This document shows positions 22,301 through 34,655 of a DNA stretch of 64,000 nucleotides, one piece after another. The position numbers were made by a program, and so were the translations under genes. The notes beneath the pieces were generated by a model. That model was not told the origin of the DNA and searched no databases. It saw only the letters and a list, made by a program, of their open reading frames with translations. Numbering within the stretch: position 1 is the stretch's first letter; every line of letters starts with the position of its first letter. Origin of the DNA: Oculina patagonica (taxonomy: Eukaryota); the NCBI RefSeq assembly GCF_052425735.1, contig NC_135759.1, positions 13,144,001 to 13,208,000 of the forward strand. Direction: 5' to 3'.

Positions 22301-23321
22301 GGGGCAAGTTTTCCTGGCGGGGGCAAATGGGTTATTTTTTAGTAAAGTTTTTATTTTTTTCTTTAGTTTTCTTAGTTTTTCAGTTTTCCTGGTGGGGGCA
22401 ACTGCCTCCCCTGCCCCCTGCTCTAGGTATGGCCCTGTTGACTGCCATGATCTCAGTGAACAGCTCTTTCGAGCAAAATACTTCAGTATTCAAACTGTTT
22501 CAGTATTCAACAACAGCTGTTTCATAATATTGCAGTCAGTAAATATACATGCATGACTTTCAACTTTAGACACCCATTCCCTTCCATTAAATATGACATC
22601 AATTGAAAAACTATGTTCAAAGGTATCTTTGATTCCTGTATAAAGATTATGTCTGTTTACCTGGAATTTTAAGTGTCCTCTTACACCCAGGTTCAGCAAA
22701 AATGTTGTTCCCCTATCATTAATTTGCTTACTCATTAAAATAAATGAAATTGCCTGAAATCAATAGCAGTTGAGTTTCGATTTTCATTGATTTTTTAACC
22801 AGGTGATAAAAATCGATTACTATATCGATTGCTTTCTAGACGGATAATTTAACTTTGTTATGATCTAACCACAATAAAAGCTGGCGTATCAGCTGACAGA
22901 AAAGAGACAAAAGATTCACCCCTTTAGGGCTAAGGTTCAATGAATCAGCTTGCATGTGATTATTTGTCTAGCATGCATAATGCTGTAATGTTACAACCTA
23001 CTTATTTGCTATTTATGTTCATTTTCATATCCAAAACGAAACAACAACGGACTTTGATTTCCCTTCGTCGTAGTATTCATCATTTTCTTGACTATTCAGA
23101 ATAAAGAGTAAAATAGACCTGGCAGTTTATCTTACAAGCATACTAGCGTTGTGTCAAATGAAACGGCTCAACAACAGATCAAGATAATCTAACAAACTTT
23201 GTCTTCTCATAGCTCGAGTACTGTTAACTGATTTATCTGCAGTACTTACGTAGTGCTTGCTTGGTATTTTTCGTTTCTGGATGTCAACAATTTTAACATC
23301 TGCCAAACTTCTTCGCGACAT
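13315..23321 (-). CDS. SH3PXD2A: SH3 and PX domain-containing protein 2 (Tks4/Tks5-like): PX + six SH3
   Basis: GT-AG exons 23321-23250, 21724-21644, 20911-20836, 18499-18423, 18160-18066, 17625-17594, 16977-16849, 16491-16381, 15746-15632, 15364-15213, 14908-14856 and 14619-13315. PX sequence ([32 protein letters not shown]/..[18 protein letters not shown]) and SH3 GWW/GWxPxxYL motifs. Probably co-orthologous to vertebrate A and B. Confidence 0.9.
19153..20383. mobile_element. Non-autonomous hAT-like DNA transposon in an SH3PXD2 intron
   Basis: ATGCCTTG duplicated at 19145-19152 and 20384-20391. Degenerate TIR (ATAAATCTGCGA / TCGCAGATTAT) with subterminal GAGCCATGC repeats. Confidence 0.55.
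21365..21528. mobile_element. Short MITE (Harbinger-like ends)
   Basis: CAGGCGCGGATC...GATCTGCGCCTG inverted ends. Confidence 0.6.
22271..22437. mobile_element. MITE with 15-bp TIR and 5-bp TSD
   Basis: CAGGGCCATACCTAG...CTAGGTATGGCCCTG, with TTGAC on both sides. Confidence 0.75.
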
Positions 23322-23661
23322 TGCTCGAATTTTCTGTTAGATGAGAAATTCTGTTCGCTTCTGGATCGACCCCTGGATGGACTTCCACAACGCTCAGAAA
23401 AAGAAAGTGAGCCTGCGAACAGCCGGAAATGAAACCTCCCCGCTTTCCTTGCCCCACCCACCCCACCCTACTTCGAGTGGTTCAAAATCGACCACAAAAC
23501 GTCGAAAACCAAGTCCGCACAGTAGTTCGCACTAAAAACTCGAAACGATTCGGAAGCACCCAATTTAATCCATATAAAGCACCGAAAAACATTCTTGGCA
23601 ACTTGCGTTACCCGAATGTCACACTGTCCTAGCGTGACGAAGACAGGAGTATGAACCCTAT

Positions 23662-24067
23662 CAGAAACCCATAAGGGTTGAAACGTGTAACGCGCGCGCA
23701 CAGCGTGAATATTCTTTTGCTAGATGGAAACAGAAGTTGTACGCGATGCTTTATACACGAAATGACACACGCACTATTTTGTTTGCGCTAAGTTGTGAAT
23801 TTCGACCTAAAGGCCGTAATCACAAAACTAAAGGAATACATTAAGTGTATCGAAGCGAAGTTCCGACACAGAAGATGAAACAGGAGATACCATTACTTAT
23901 TCAACCAAGTGCAAAAAAGATCGCCACCGAGCGGAGCGCGCGCGCTGAATAATCCAAATATAGTTGATTGTTAATGGCCCTGATTTCCAAATATGGTACC
24001 AGTGTAGAGGCACGCTTGTACAATGCGAATCTAGGGAGTTACACGTTTCAACCCTTATGGGTTTCTG
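23662..24067. mobile_element. 406-bp MITE, P-element-like (CA...TG, 7-bp TSD), upstream of SH3PXD2
   Basis: Perfect 30-bp TIR CAGAAACCCATAAGGGTTGAAACGTGTAAC. ACCCTAT duplicated at 23655-23661 and 24068-24074. Confidence 0.85.
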
Positions 24068-25390
24068 ACCCTATCGTATATTAAGGGTTTTTGGGTGGGC
24101 TTATTACTACGAGAGCTTATATCCGGAGTGACTTGTAAGTAGCTGTAATCACTTCAAATTAGAACAATATTGACAGTAAATTATTTAAAAAATCAAGAGA
24201 AACTAAATAAAGCATTAAAAACGAAAATGAATTTGCAAGGACCTCCGTGACAAAATGGAAGTACCGGATTCTGATTCTCTCACTGGTTGAAGATCTAATC
24301 AGCTATACTGCTAAATACGATATTTATATTCCAATATTTCGGATGGCACGGCCTTCCTTCTTCAGTGTCTTACAAAGTTTTGCAGAATTAAAATATGGCA
24401 AATACGATATGTATAGGTAATCATACGGTTTCGAGTTTATTTTGGAATTAATTTGCATGAGCGAGTTTTTCAAAAAGCTGAAATTGCACTCGCCGTTTTA
24501 ACTCAGTTATTTATTAGTGAATTTTAAGACTAACACTTGCTTCATTTTGTGGCATTCTATCGCAACTACATCAACAATGCAAGAGAAATAATTTTTAGCA
24601 CAAAATTGTATACTGGGTTTACCAATGAACAATTTTAGGTTACTTTAACATCAAAATTTGTTCCATTTCAACATTAAAGATTCCCTATTTAAACTTTTTG
24701 AGGCTAATAATTTTCAAACTACTCGGTGAAAGTTTTTTAGTCTAATCAGCTTAAGAAATCTATCGGCACGGTTCAGAGCTACGTTATTTTTACATAAACT
24801 TAAGGTGGCTTTGAACCCTACGGACAAATTTTATAAAAAAAATTGTAAACATGTTTCTCTTGCTAATCGAACAAAAATATATCAAAAAACCGTCACTGAG
24901 TAGTTTTTAAGTTATTAGCCTCAAAAGGTCAGAAAAAATGTATTTTGACCTCTTCTCACGATGCTATGGCAACTATCTTTGATGACATTTGGATTCGATT
25001 AATTTACAATTGGAAATCGAAAAGAAAGATTAAATGCCGAAAATGTCATCACAAACCACAAACCTGAGGGCTACGCAACCCAGTTCACAAAAACTGAAAA
25101 GCGCGAAAATGCGACTATATGATAGTTGCGAGTGCTTTTTTAAATTTACATCGTAAAAGAAAAGAAAAAGAAAAAAGGTTTCTTCTTTAAAAAATGGTCA
25201 AAATGAGCTTAAATAATATTGAAATACCCAGTATGTTTTGTTTGGCGTAAAATTTCAATCGAATCTCGAAAGGGAGTTTTTGAATTTAATTCGGCACAGA
25301 AGGATTGGGTGAATTCTTGTTAACGGAAATCACACCCAAATTACTGTTTGTATTTTTATCTAGTTTTTATCTATTTTATCTTTTCTCATT

Positions 25391-25537
25391 NNNNNNNNNN
25401 NNNNNNNNNNNNNNNNNNNNNNNNNNNNNNNNNNNNNNNNNNNNNNNNNNNNNNNNNNNNNNNNNNNNNNNNNNNNNNNNNNNNNNNNNNNNNNNNNNNN
25501 NNNNNNNNNNNNNNNNNNNNNNNNNNNNNNNNNNNNN
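25391..25537. other. Assembly gap (N run)
   Basis: Run of N characters. Confidence 1.
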
Positions 25538-27446
25538 ACGTCTTGTGTGGGAAATGAGAGTGTTTCACAGCTGTTAAAGAGGTGAAACTGGGCTTCCAGT
25601 TTTCATGCCAGTTCTTGTATATGCTTCAAACAAAAGCGCCTCTGTCAGTGAATTAACAAAATGTAACTTTGAGGATTTTTAAAGAACGTTCCTTTCATTC
25701 AGCTTGGTTGCTATGGGCAGGGAACAAATGTCCGGAAGGTTTCATCTGTTTACTTGCTCCTAGCAGTATTTACTTTGCAAGAAAAAAGAGTTTGTTCAGA
25801 ACACGTGCATATCACGATACATGCATAAATTGCTTCATTAAATGTCATCTTCTTCCCGCACGTCAAGCTTACGAAATAGTAGTTATTCAGTTATTCGATA
25901 GTTGTTATTCAGGTCATTTGGTTAACCGAACTTTAGACGGGACGAAAAACCAAGAGCCGTGCTCACCGGTATGTTGGTCAATCTTTTAGTTAAGATTAGA
26001 ATAATTCATGTTTGCATGGCTATGTTTTATTTACAGCTCATGCTGAACATTTCCCAGAGAAGCCTTTTTACTCTTCCGCCGGCTACGAGAAAGACGCTAC
26101 AATATCTTGTTAGTTTTTCTGGTCAGTGCGTTTAAATAGACAGTGCAGATTTTTCATATAAAAAGGCGAACGATTTGGTTAAGCAATCGCTTGAAACTAT
26201 TGTGAAACTTATAAATGTTTGGGATTATCGAAAAATTTATTCATTCTCAGTCGTTCCAACTCGACTGCAGCGGAAAAGCACAGACAATAAAAAACGGAGT
26301 TCTTGAAAATACCCAAACTTGTACAATCTTTCCATTACACTGAAAACCTTTATCAAGATTTCACTTCATTTCTCAGTTTTTAATAAAAATGGACATTAGC
26401 AGCCGACATCCGAAATTCAATTTACCATTGGGAGTATTTACATTAGCTGTCGTTTATTGAGGTTGCCTTTTGACAGCGATGAAATGGAGTATTGTCGTTT
26501 TAATGAAATCCCACCAAGTCTCTTCATTTCAGATTATTTATGCACTCGTTCGCCCAGGCATTCTTTGATTACGGAACAAAAGCTCTTCATTTGAAACTTG
26601 TCCTGGCTTAATGAAGTTCTTTGTTGTTTCACGCGTTCGTACGTAGAAATATACAAAAATCAGAAACAGTGACGCGAATAAGGCCACATTATGGTTTAAA
26701 AAACCTCCACTGATCAAAAGAAATAAGCTTTCGACTACTTTGTGCACGACTTAAAGAAGCCTCTTTCTCATCTCGTGATGTGAGTTTTTTCTACCTATAT
26801 CTCCGATATACCACCATTTTATATATTGTGTCAGTTATATATTTCTGTTTAATTTAATTTTTACATGTGTTTTGATATTTTTCAGTTGCAGGCACCTGCA
26901 GTAAATTAGTAAAAATCGCTGAGTTAATATAATCAACTAAAGTACGACGCTAGAACACAATCCCGTGATCATGACAGACCTTATGTTAACATGCTAACAC
27001 AAGGCGGGCGTGTTATCGAGTGGCGCACTTAGACAGTGCTGGGAGCTAAAACAATCGCAGTTAGATATCTTGGTAGGTAACTTGAAAAGGTTTCTTCTTA
27101 AAACTGTTGCTGGTGTTTCAAAACTCTGAAAGAGAAAACAACAGTTACTTAACACCCTGCTATGTCACTTCGCGCTCTTCAGGGACATTAGGACATCTGA
27201 GCATATTTTTCCCAGGTTACGTACGTTCTGCGTACGTTAAAAAGTCCACTTACTCGCGCCCGCTTCTTGGCAAAAAATTAATTAATTTTTTTGTTCTCCT
27301 AAGAATAATGCTTTACTGTCGGAATACAAGATAAGCTTCATTTTGTTATTTAATGCCAAATAATGTCCTTTCATTTATTATGCTAATTTTATTATTTAAA
27401 TGTTTTTTTTTCATTTATTTTACTTTTCAGCTTATTTTCCATTTCA

Positions 27447-28866
27447 ATGCTGTGGCTAACGTTACGGCTGGCCGTACCTTTGCTAGTTTTGAACTGTCTT
27501 GTGTACTGTGCTGTTGCAAACCCGTCACCCTCACCGATCAGGAAAGAGCCAACTCACAGTGAACTGAGAGCTACTCCAGAAACTAAACTGCCACAAAGAG
27601 CGGGCCTGAAACAAACTACAAGACCTACTGTGAAGACAACGAAAAAAAGCACAACAAAGAAGACTGCGGCTCCAGCACTTGTGAATGAGTTTTCACTTAA
27701 TGACATACTCTTTAAAGGACGGCAGTCAAGTAAGACAACAGTTGTGTATTATTTAAGCTAGTGCACCTGTGTACATATGCCGCACCTCTCCCTGCCAGGT
27801 GAATGCACACATTCAGTTTTTTGGTTTTGTCCTATACTTTTTCTTTGTATGGAAATGGACATTTTAACAACTGCGTATAGCGTCGTTTTTAGACTTTTTT
27901 AGTATGATTTTGACCTCCTTCAGTTGAAAATACATATACTTCACATGAAGGAAACGAAAACTATTGGTATGACCTAGTTAACGCTGTACTTAGACTAGAG
28001 AAATGAGTCATGAAACAGTAATATGAGTTTAATCATGGGAAAAACGCCACCGAAAAGCTAGAAGAGAATGAATTACTTGAAAAGCTACTTGCTTAGATTC
28101 GGCATTCCAAGTTTCGGTTGGCTTTGTGGTGTTTTTGTTTACTGGGCGGGTAAAAAAAAAACGAAAGACAGTCATTTGATAATCTTTTGTTCGAAGATTT
28201 TTAAGGCTACTGTATTATTAAAACGAAATCTGTCTAAGGAACAAATAAGGATTAATTGTACTTGTGAAAAAATCGGACTGTTCTAATTTCCACTAGTACT
28301 CTCGCAGGCTAGGGAAAAGAGGGGGGTGAGAGAATCGGGAGAAAAAAAGGGGGGGGAATCCCAACCCCCTTCCTCCATTTACTCTTCCTGAATTCTTACA
28401 ATCCTACTACCACCAACCCAACAACCCCCCCCCCTCCCCTCACCAGTTATTACACATGTATTTTATAACATCCTGCAGTTTATCCTCTATTCTGTACATG
28501 TCAGCTTGTGCTTCCTCAGTTTAAAAAGACAAAGTATTTTCGAACCGAACAGGGCATGCTGCATAGTTAGCGCCAGTTAGTTAGCGGTCATAGTTAGCGA
28601 CTTCGTTCTTCGTTCACCCTAGTACCCAGAGCCTTCAGTTTCCTCGACCAGATCAGCTGGCGGAGGATTCTAAATTCTAGAATGTTTACAAATAAGAATT
28701 AAAATTGTTGCATCGTTTTGCAGATGAGGCAAACGCTTTCCTTAAAGCAAATGAACAAAGAGGAAAAGCTCTGGAAACGACGTATGAACACATCCGCGAA
28801 CAAGATCTTAATGACTTAGAAGCATTAGTTAAGAGAAGAAATCACATGCGACGGTCTCGATTGTGA
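27447..28866 (+). CDS. Orphan secreted protein/peptide precursor, about 140 aa, 2 coding exons (27447-27729, 28724-28866)
   Basis: Signal peptide MLWLTLRLAVPLLVLNCLVYCAVA and a T/K-rich mucin-like linker. Donor A|GTAAGA and acceptor TTTGCAG| are phase-compatible, giving ...NEANAFLKANEQRGKALETTYEHIREQDLNDLEALVKRRNHMRRSRL*. Confidence 0.65.
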
Positions 28867-31800
28867 GTTAAGTTAAACTCACTTTGTAAAGTATAAGTTG
28901 ATATATATTGTATCAACCGTGGTATATTCTGTATATTTTCGCATTGGAAAGGTATTGTAAACTATTTCTGAAGAATCCATCTTTTTAAATTTTAGAAATT
29001 ATTAAGGGGCTCTAAACGGCTCCCACAAAATATTTTGTATTTATTTTTTATATGAAAGAACTGTATCTGGGTTTAGTCTTCTAGTGGAGCAACATTCAGT
29101 TCCATTATAGAATGTAAATATTATTTAAGATACTGCAATCACAGCGACAACCGATGAGGGTGCCGGACATGAAGACCTGGACAGAAAGTACGGAAGACGA
29201 CTGATCCGACCCGGGAGAGGCGGGAGGACCGGGGGGCGGCGAAAAGTCTTCGCCGCGGGGCTAGGGCGCTCGTCTCCACTGACCGCTAGCCGCAGGATCA
29301 GGCCGTTTTCCGTTTTAAATATTATTACTTCGTGTATGTCTACTAGCTATCCCTGACACAAACATGTAAGCTAGTGTTAATAAATGGAACATAAATTCAT
29401 AAATTTTCTCATAAACTGCATTGATTCTATAAACTGTATGGGTTGGCTCTACATTGAAGACATTGAAAATCCGCAATTTTGATTGGTTCTCCCATTTTTT
29501 CGTATTCGTTGATAGAACACGATCATGCGCTCGTTGCTCTTAAAAAAGGAAAACTATTTCTGATTTTTGTCCTAAAAATACATAAAAATTTAGGTTTGCG
29601 ACTGCGAGCCCGAGTTTTCTGTGGAGGACTCGAGTGTGAGTCGCTGACTATTCACTCATAGAAACTCGGGCTCGTAGTCTGTAAGTCGCTTGATTTCCAC
29701 GCGCTTACCCACGTGTCCAGTCTTCCTCCCCAATTTTATTTTTCCTTGCAACAAGTTTATTTTCCCTTGTGTTCGAGCAAAGTCGGCAGAAAACCGCCCA
29801 TTTTTTGTCACTTTTTGTCAAAAATACTTATATTTGAAAGCAGATAATTTTACTATGGAAATACATTAACAGCCTTGGAAAAATCGCTAACTTAGTTATC
29901 GACAGTTGGAGAAATCGACATACTCGCGCAAACACAAGAATTGGCGGTGTGATCACTGGCATGCAAAACGCTGGTTGAAAACCTGTCATAACAGCATCCC
30001 ATTCTGTGCACTTATATCAAGCACCAGTGGCTGCTGAGTTTATGTTCTTATGCAGTTCAAACCAATCTGCTGTTTCCTGGGGCCAATCCTATACAAGTCC
30101 TTACGACTTACTCGTCCCCAGGCGTTGCTCTTTGGTGCTCGGTGCGCTTGAAGTTGTGGGACTGTTGCAGACGACAAAACAAGCCCCGCGTTCCCCTTTT
30201 CCCGTTTCTTGGGACGAGGCAGCAGCTTATCTATGCATAAGGCATACGGAGGTTTTACTTTACGCGCTGCGAACGAGCAAGTCATGCCAGCGGGAACGAG
30301 TTAACCTGGTGTCTAGGATGAGAAAGTGCGTCACTGTTTATTGAAGATTTGTGAAATTCTGTGAAGATTGAAAGCGAGTTTGCGACGACGAACAATGATA
30401 ACGTCGACTCACTTCCTCAAAAGAAAAGCAGAAAAAAGAACGTACCAGGTGTCGCTTGGACCGTTTTATTTTTAACCGATCGCAAAGAAACTAAATTAGA
30501 ATGGAGGCGGAAAAAACACTCAGCGAGTGTTGTTTATCACGATTCCAGATTTAGTTACAACTGGTTAACTATTCTTACACTAAATGATCTGCCCTGAGTG
30601 TCGTATACAGCGGGTACCAGCCGTGAAGTTGTTGATTCAAATTTCAATATTAAGTCATTCAAATATCCTCTTTGTTTGAATCAAACCGCACAGCCAAGCA
30701 ACTAACTAGAGTTTGACTGAAAACTGTATAGTTTTTTTTATGGCGTAAAAGGTAAAAGTATTTCTCTTTGGATTCTACACGCCTCGGAGTCTACTGATGT
30801 GTGAATAATGTATTAATTCTGTGCGATCACAATAAGACCTGTGATCTTTTGTTCGCCTTGAACTGGTATCAGTCAGTCAGTCAGTAAATTCACTTCCGGT
30901 CAGTTGTTGTACTACGCCGTGTGACCATGTGCCGGCCATCCTAATAAACAAAGAAACGATAAGGTGAATATCGAGCTTAAGGACAAAATAAGGTAAGTCT
31001 TCATACAACTGATTACTTAAGATACCTTTTAGAACAGGAAAACAAGATGCATCCTTTATGTGGATTACTAAAAAACGCTAATGGTAATCAAAAATCTATT
31101 TACGGATCTCACTTTTTATTTCGTAAAAGAATGGAGAAACCGTACATATAAACTGAGAAGAGTATTATCAGAACACATTTAAGGTCATTAAAACGTTGTT
31201 TTCTGAGGAAAGTGTTTACATATACGAAGAAAAGAACGTGTATCAAGGCTGCTGTTGTTGTGTTTGTGTGATGATGAATCAGCACTCGCCAGTATCGGGC
31301 ATGTGGTCTGAACACACGTGTGATGAACTGATCTAATGAATGAATGAGTAGTAGTAGTAAATAACACGGGCAGAAAACGCGGGAATCTTATGCTGGTTCA
31401 TCAACTAGATCCTTTAGAAGTACATTATACTTTCTCAACTTTTCTCCGTTGTCCTTAAAGATCTCAATTTAAATGCCTCTTAAGTTTTGTTTTTCATTGT
31501 CGACTATGAATTCAAGTATACATCACTCATAGATACTTTGTTAGGCAATCTGTAGTTTGTTCAATCACATTCATTCGGCCGTCGTTGTAGAAATAAAAAT
31601 GTACTGATTATTTGGGAATCATATGCCGCTGCCTGGAAGCTATAAGTTCCTACAATGCAACATAGTCAACTCTTTATAGTTGATGGTGGAAGCTATCATT
31701 ACACTCGAGCCTTCTTACAGACGGCGCCGAGGCCCGGCGAAGGGGAGGCGGCGGCGGGGAGCGGCCGGGACCCCGACCGACACCAGAAACGCAGAGAAGG

Positions 31801-34429
31801 GGAGAGCGACGCGCGGCCGAGAGCCCACGGACAAGAGGCACCGGGCCCAGGCGCGAACAGAGGCAGGTGGTAGCTAATCCGGTGTAGCTACTTGATTAGC
31901 TTGTCACAGCCTAATATACTGACTGCTCTCAGTCTGAAAGCATGTGCCCAGCTGGTAATGTTATGATAATCCCTTCACAGGAAAAATACGGCGTTAGAAA
32001 AAAGAAAAGGTCAGGGGGCGGAAAACTCGGCTGTTCATTCGCCTGAACAGACTAAATAACACTCAGCCGGGAATTAAATTTATAGTTCAATCACGGCGCT
32101 TTTTCCTTCAAACTGGGGACGATGTTATTTATAGTCTGTACTGAATGTTGGGATTATTTTAGCTCAGTAAATGTAAGCAGCTGGGGTTGAGAAAAAAATA
32201 GTCGAAAATAGTTTTAACAGTAAATCAATGGCTTATGAATGAAATCACGTATTGTGGCCGGGCAACAGGTGTGCTCCATTTCATATCGTATTGCGGTTAT
32301 ACTGTTGGGAAACGGTGACTGAAATTCTGATTGTGCAAAGTCAGTGAGTGTTGTGTGAGTCTGTTCATTTAAAGTGCGTTTGAAATTGAAATTTGCAATA
32401 AAAGAAAAGTTTTAGAAATGCTCTGTTTCTGATCTCTGAAATACACTGATTTTTTATTTTGTTTAAAGTTAGACTTGTTAGGGACTTGAAGTTGATAAGG
32501 AAATTGTGCAACAGATAAACTGAGCTTCTAGGTTAGAAAGCTAGTAACTGATGAAGAGCTACCACATGAATGCGCTGTTAACAAACTGTTTGCTTACTCT
32601 ACTTTACTTTCTCAAGAGAATTTTTAGATCGAGAAAATTGCTTACCAGTTGAACTTAAAACACCATGATACTTTTTCCTTTGAGTCTCTTAACTGAAATT
32701 CACAGTAAAGAAAATAGTTTGCATTCAGCTTTTTCATCATTTATTTGATGCCAGAGGTTCTCTGTTGCGGGTTTTTAATTCTCCACTTCAGGGTTCGGAT
32801 AACTTTACTTCTATTTGAAATTGTTTGCTGATGTTCAGCCCATTTTTCATTTCCTCTTACTCGTGGTGAGACAGGGCCTGAACGGCACCAGAAAAAGTCT
32901 CTCACGGACACAAAAAAAGAGTCCAAAAATGGTTCGACCGGCGACTGCCGAAGTCAAATATTAGCTTTTTCTGAACATTTTGCGAGTGGCAAGATATGAG
33001 CAAGTAACATTGGTTGCACGATGCCTGCAGAATAAACATGTTGTTTCACCTGTTAGAGGGTTACACAAGGTCAAACCCTAATCAAAATGTTGCAAAAAAC
33101 CGCATGACGAATAGTTCTCTGATCAGTGAGATATTCCGAATCTTGCTATAACACACCAGAAAGCAACACAAGATTAGCGCTCAAAATGTAAAAAGAAATT
33201 TCTAGCTTGGACTGATGTTGAGAATATTTTTAGCTTGATCGGAAGTAGGGTGTGTGAGAGAAATCGCGAACCGGATCCCATGAAGTCACGCACTGTTTAC
33301 AAGTCGACAGTAGCACTCTATTAGTTTGAGAGTCATACAAGTGAAGGGAACTTTTCTAGGCTACCCTTTTAACATCAGTTAGTCAGCTAGCTGCACTTTA
33401 TAATACACATTATCTCGATGTTATAGAAAAATATATAACTTAAGGCGAAGGCATTCCCACCCAATGCCGAAATTTCGGCCCGTCCGCTGCTGTTGTCCGG
33501 TTAAAGGAACCGCGGAACTGAAGTTTAAGCTGGTGTTTGACGGCCACGTTTATGGGCAAGGGTTGGACTTCAATACTGGCTTTAGCTTTTTAAATCGACA
33601 GTGAAAATTCTTGAATTTGGTGATATGTTTTCTGCTGTGCTGTTTGCCAGTGGTGTTTGGAATTCAAGGTGAGGCTCTGTGGTCAATTAAGATATTAGCA
33701 GTCGGATATCTAATCTGCAAGATAACATTAGCACGAAAGCGCTTTGGTCATTCATGGCACCATCGAAGATTACAAAACAAAAACAATTTATCTTATTTCG
33801 AAATATGTAACTGTGTGATGTGCCTTTGCAAGACAACAAAGAAATACGTTTATTTACAGTCCAGTGATCCGCGCAAACTATTTTGGGGCAGTGACGGATC
33901 AAATTATGGCAATTTGATTATCTTTATAAAAAGAACTGACGATCATTATTTAATACTGGTTTGTTTTGTCTCTCAATAGCCATGTTTGGGCTTGAAATGT
34001 GATAGTGAAGAGAGTTTGGCGTTCTTTTCATAAACTCCGTTATTTACCTCTATCTTTGGTATATACTAATAAATTTCTACCCGTTACCTCGTTATAAAGA
34101 AATGTTTCTCGGTGACTGCCACTCATTCTTTTGGGAATATTTACATAAAATATTATTGCTGTGCCCAAAGCTTGGAATTATTAACCTTTGTCTAATGAAA
34201 ACATGAATTGCGCAAAAACTTTGAATTTTGATAGTTGATACTTGATGAAAGTAGCTCATATCTCATTGGACGTCATTTGAGAACCTGATAACATTTCTGT
34301 CACGACCGGAATGTATTGCTCATTGTTTTCATATTGTTCATCTGTCAGCGCCGAATTAGCTTTCCGCCAATGAAGGGAAATGATAGGTTGAGACAAAACT
34401 CGTGAGCCGCGACACGACGTTACAAAACG

Positions 34430-34500
34430 CCTTTCAATGACGTCACGCATGGTAAAAATAGCAACATGAGAGCTGGGCGGGAATGAAGAGAATATAAACG
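34430..34500 (+). promoter_or_regulatory. DUSP proximal promoter: CRE, GC box, TATA
   Basis: TGACGTCA at 34438-34445, GGGCGGG at about 34475 and TATAAA at 34493, about 160 bp upstream of the ATG. Confidence 0.7.
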
Positions 34501-34655
34501 CGGGCTTGTTGAACTGATCGCCAGTTACACAGAACTCCGCGCGTACAAGCACGAGTCCACCGAACACGAAATAATCTCTCGTATTTAATTTTCTTTTAGT
34601 AAACAAGGAAAGCCACACCGTTATTACAAATCAAAACATCGCTGAATCAAAGAGT

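Noticed and set aside
25305-25577. ORFs containing X runs
   Set aside because: Artefacts of the N gap.
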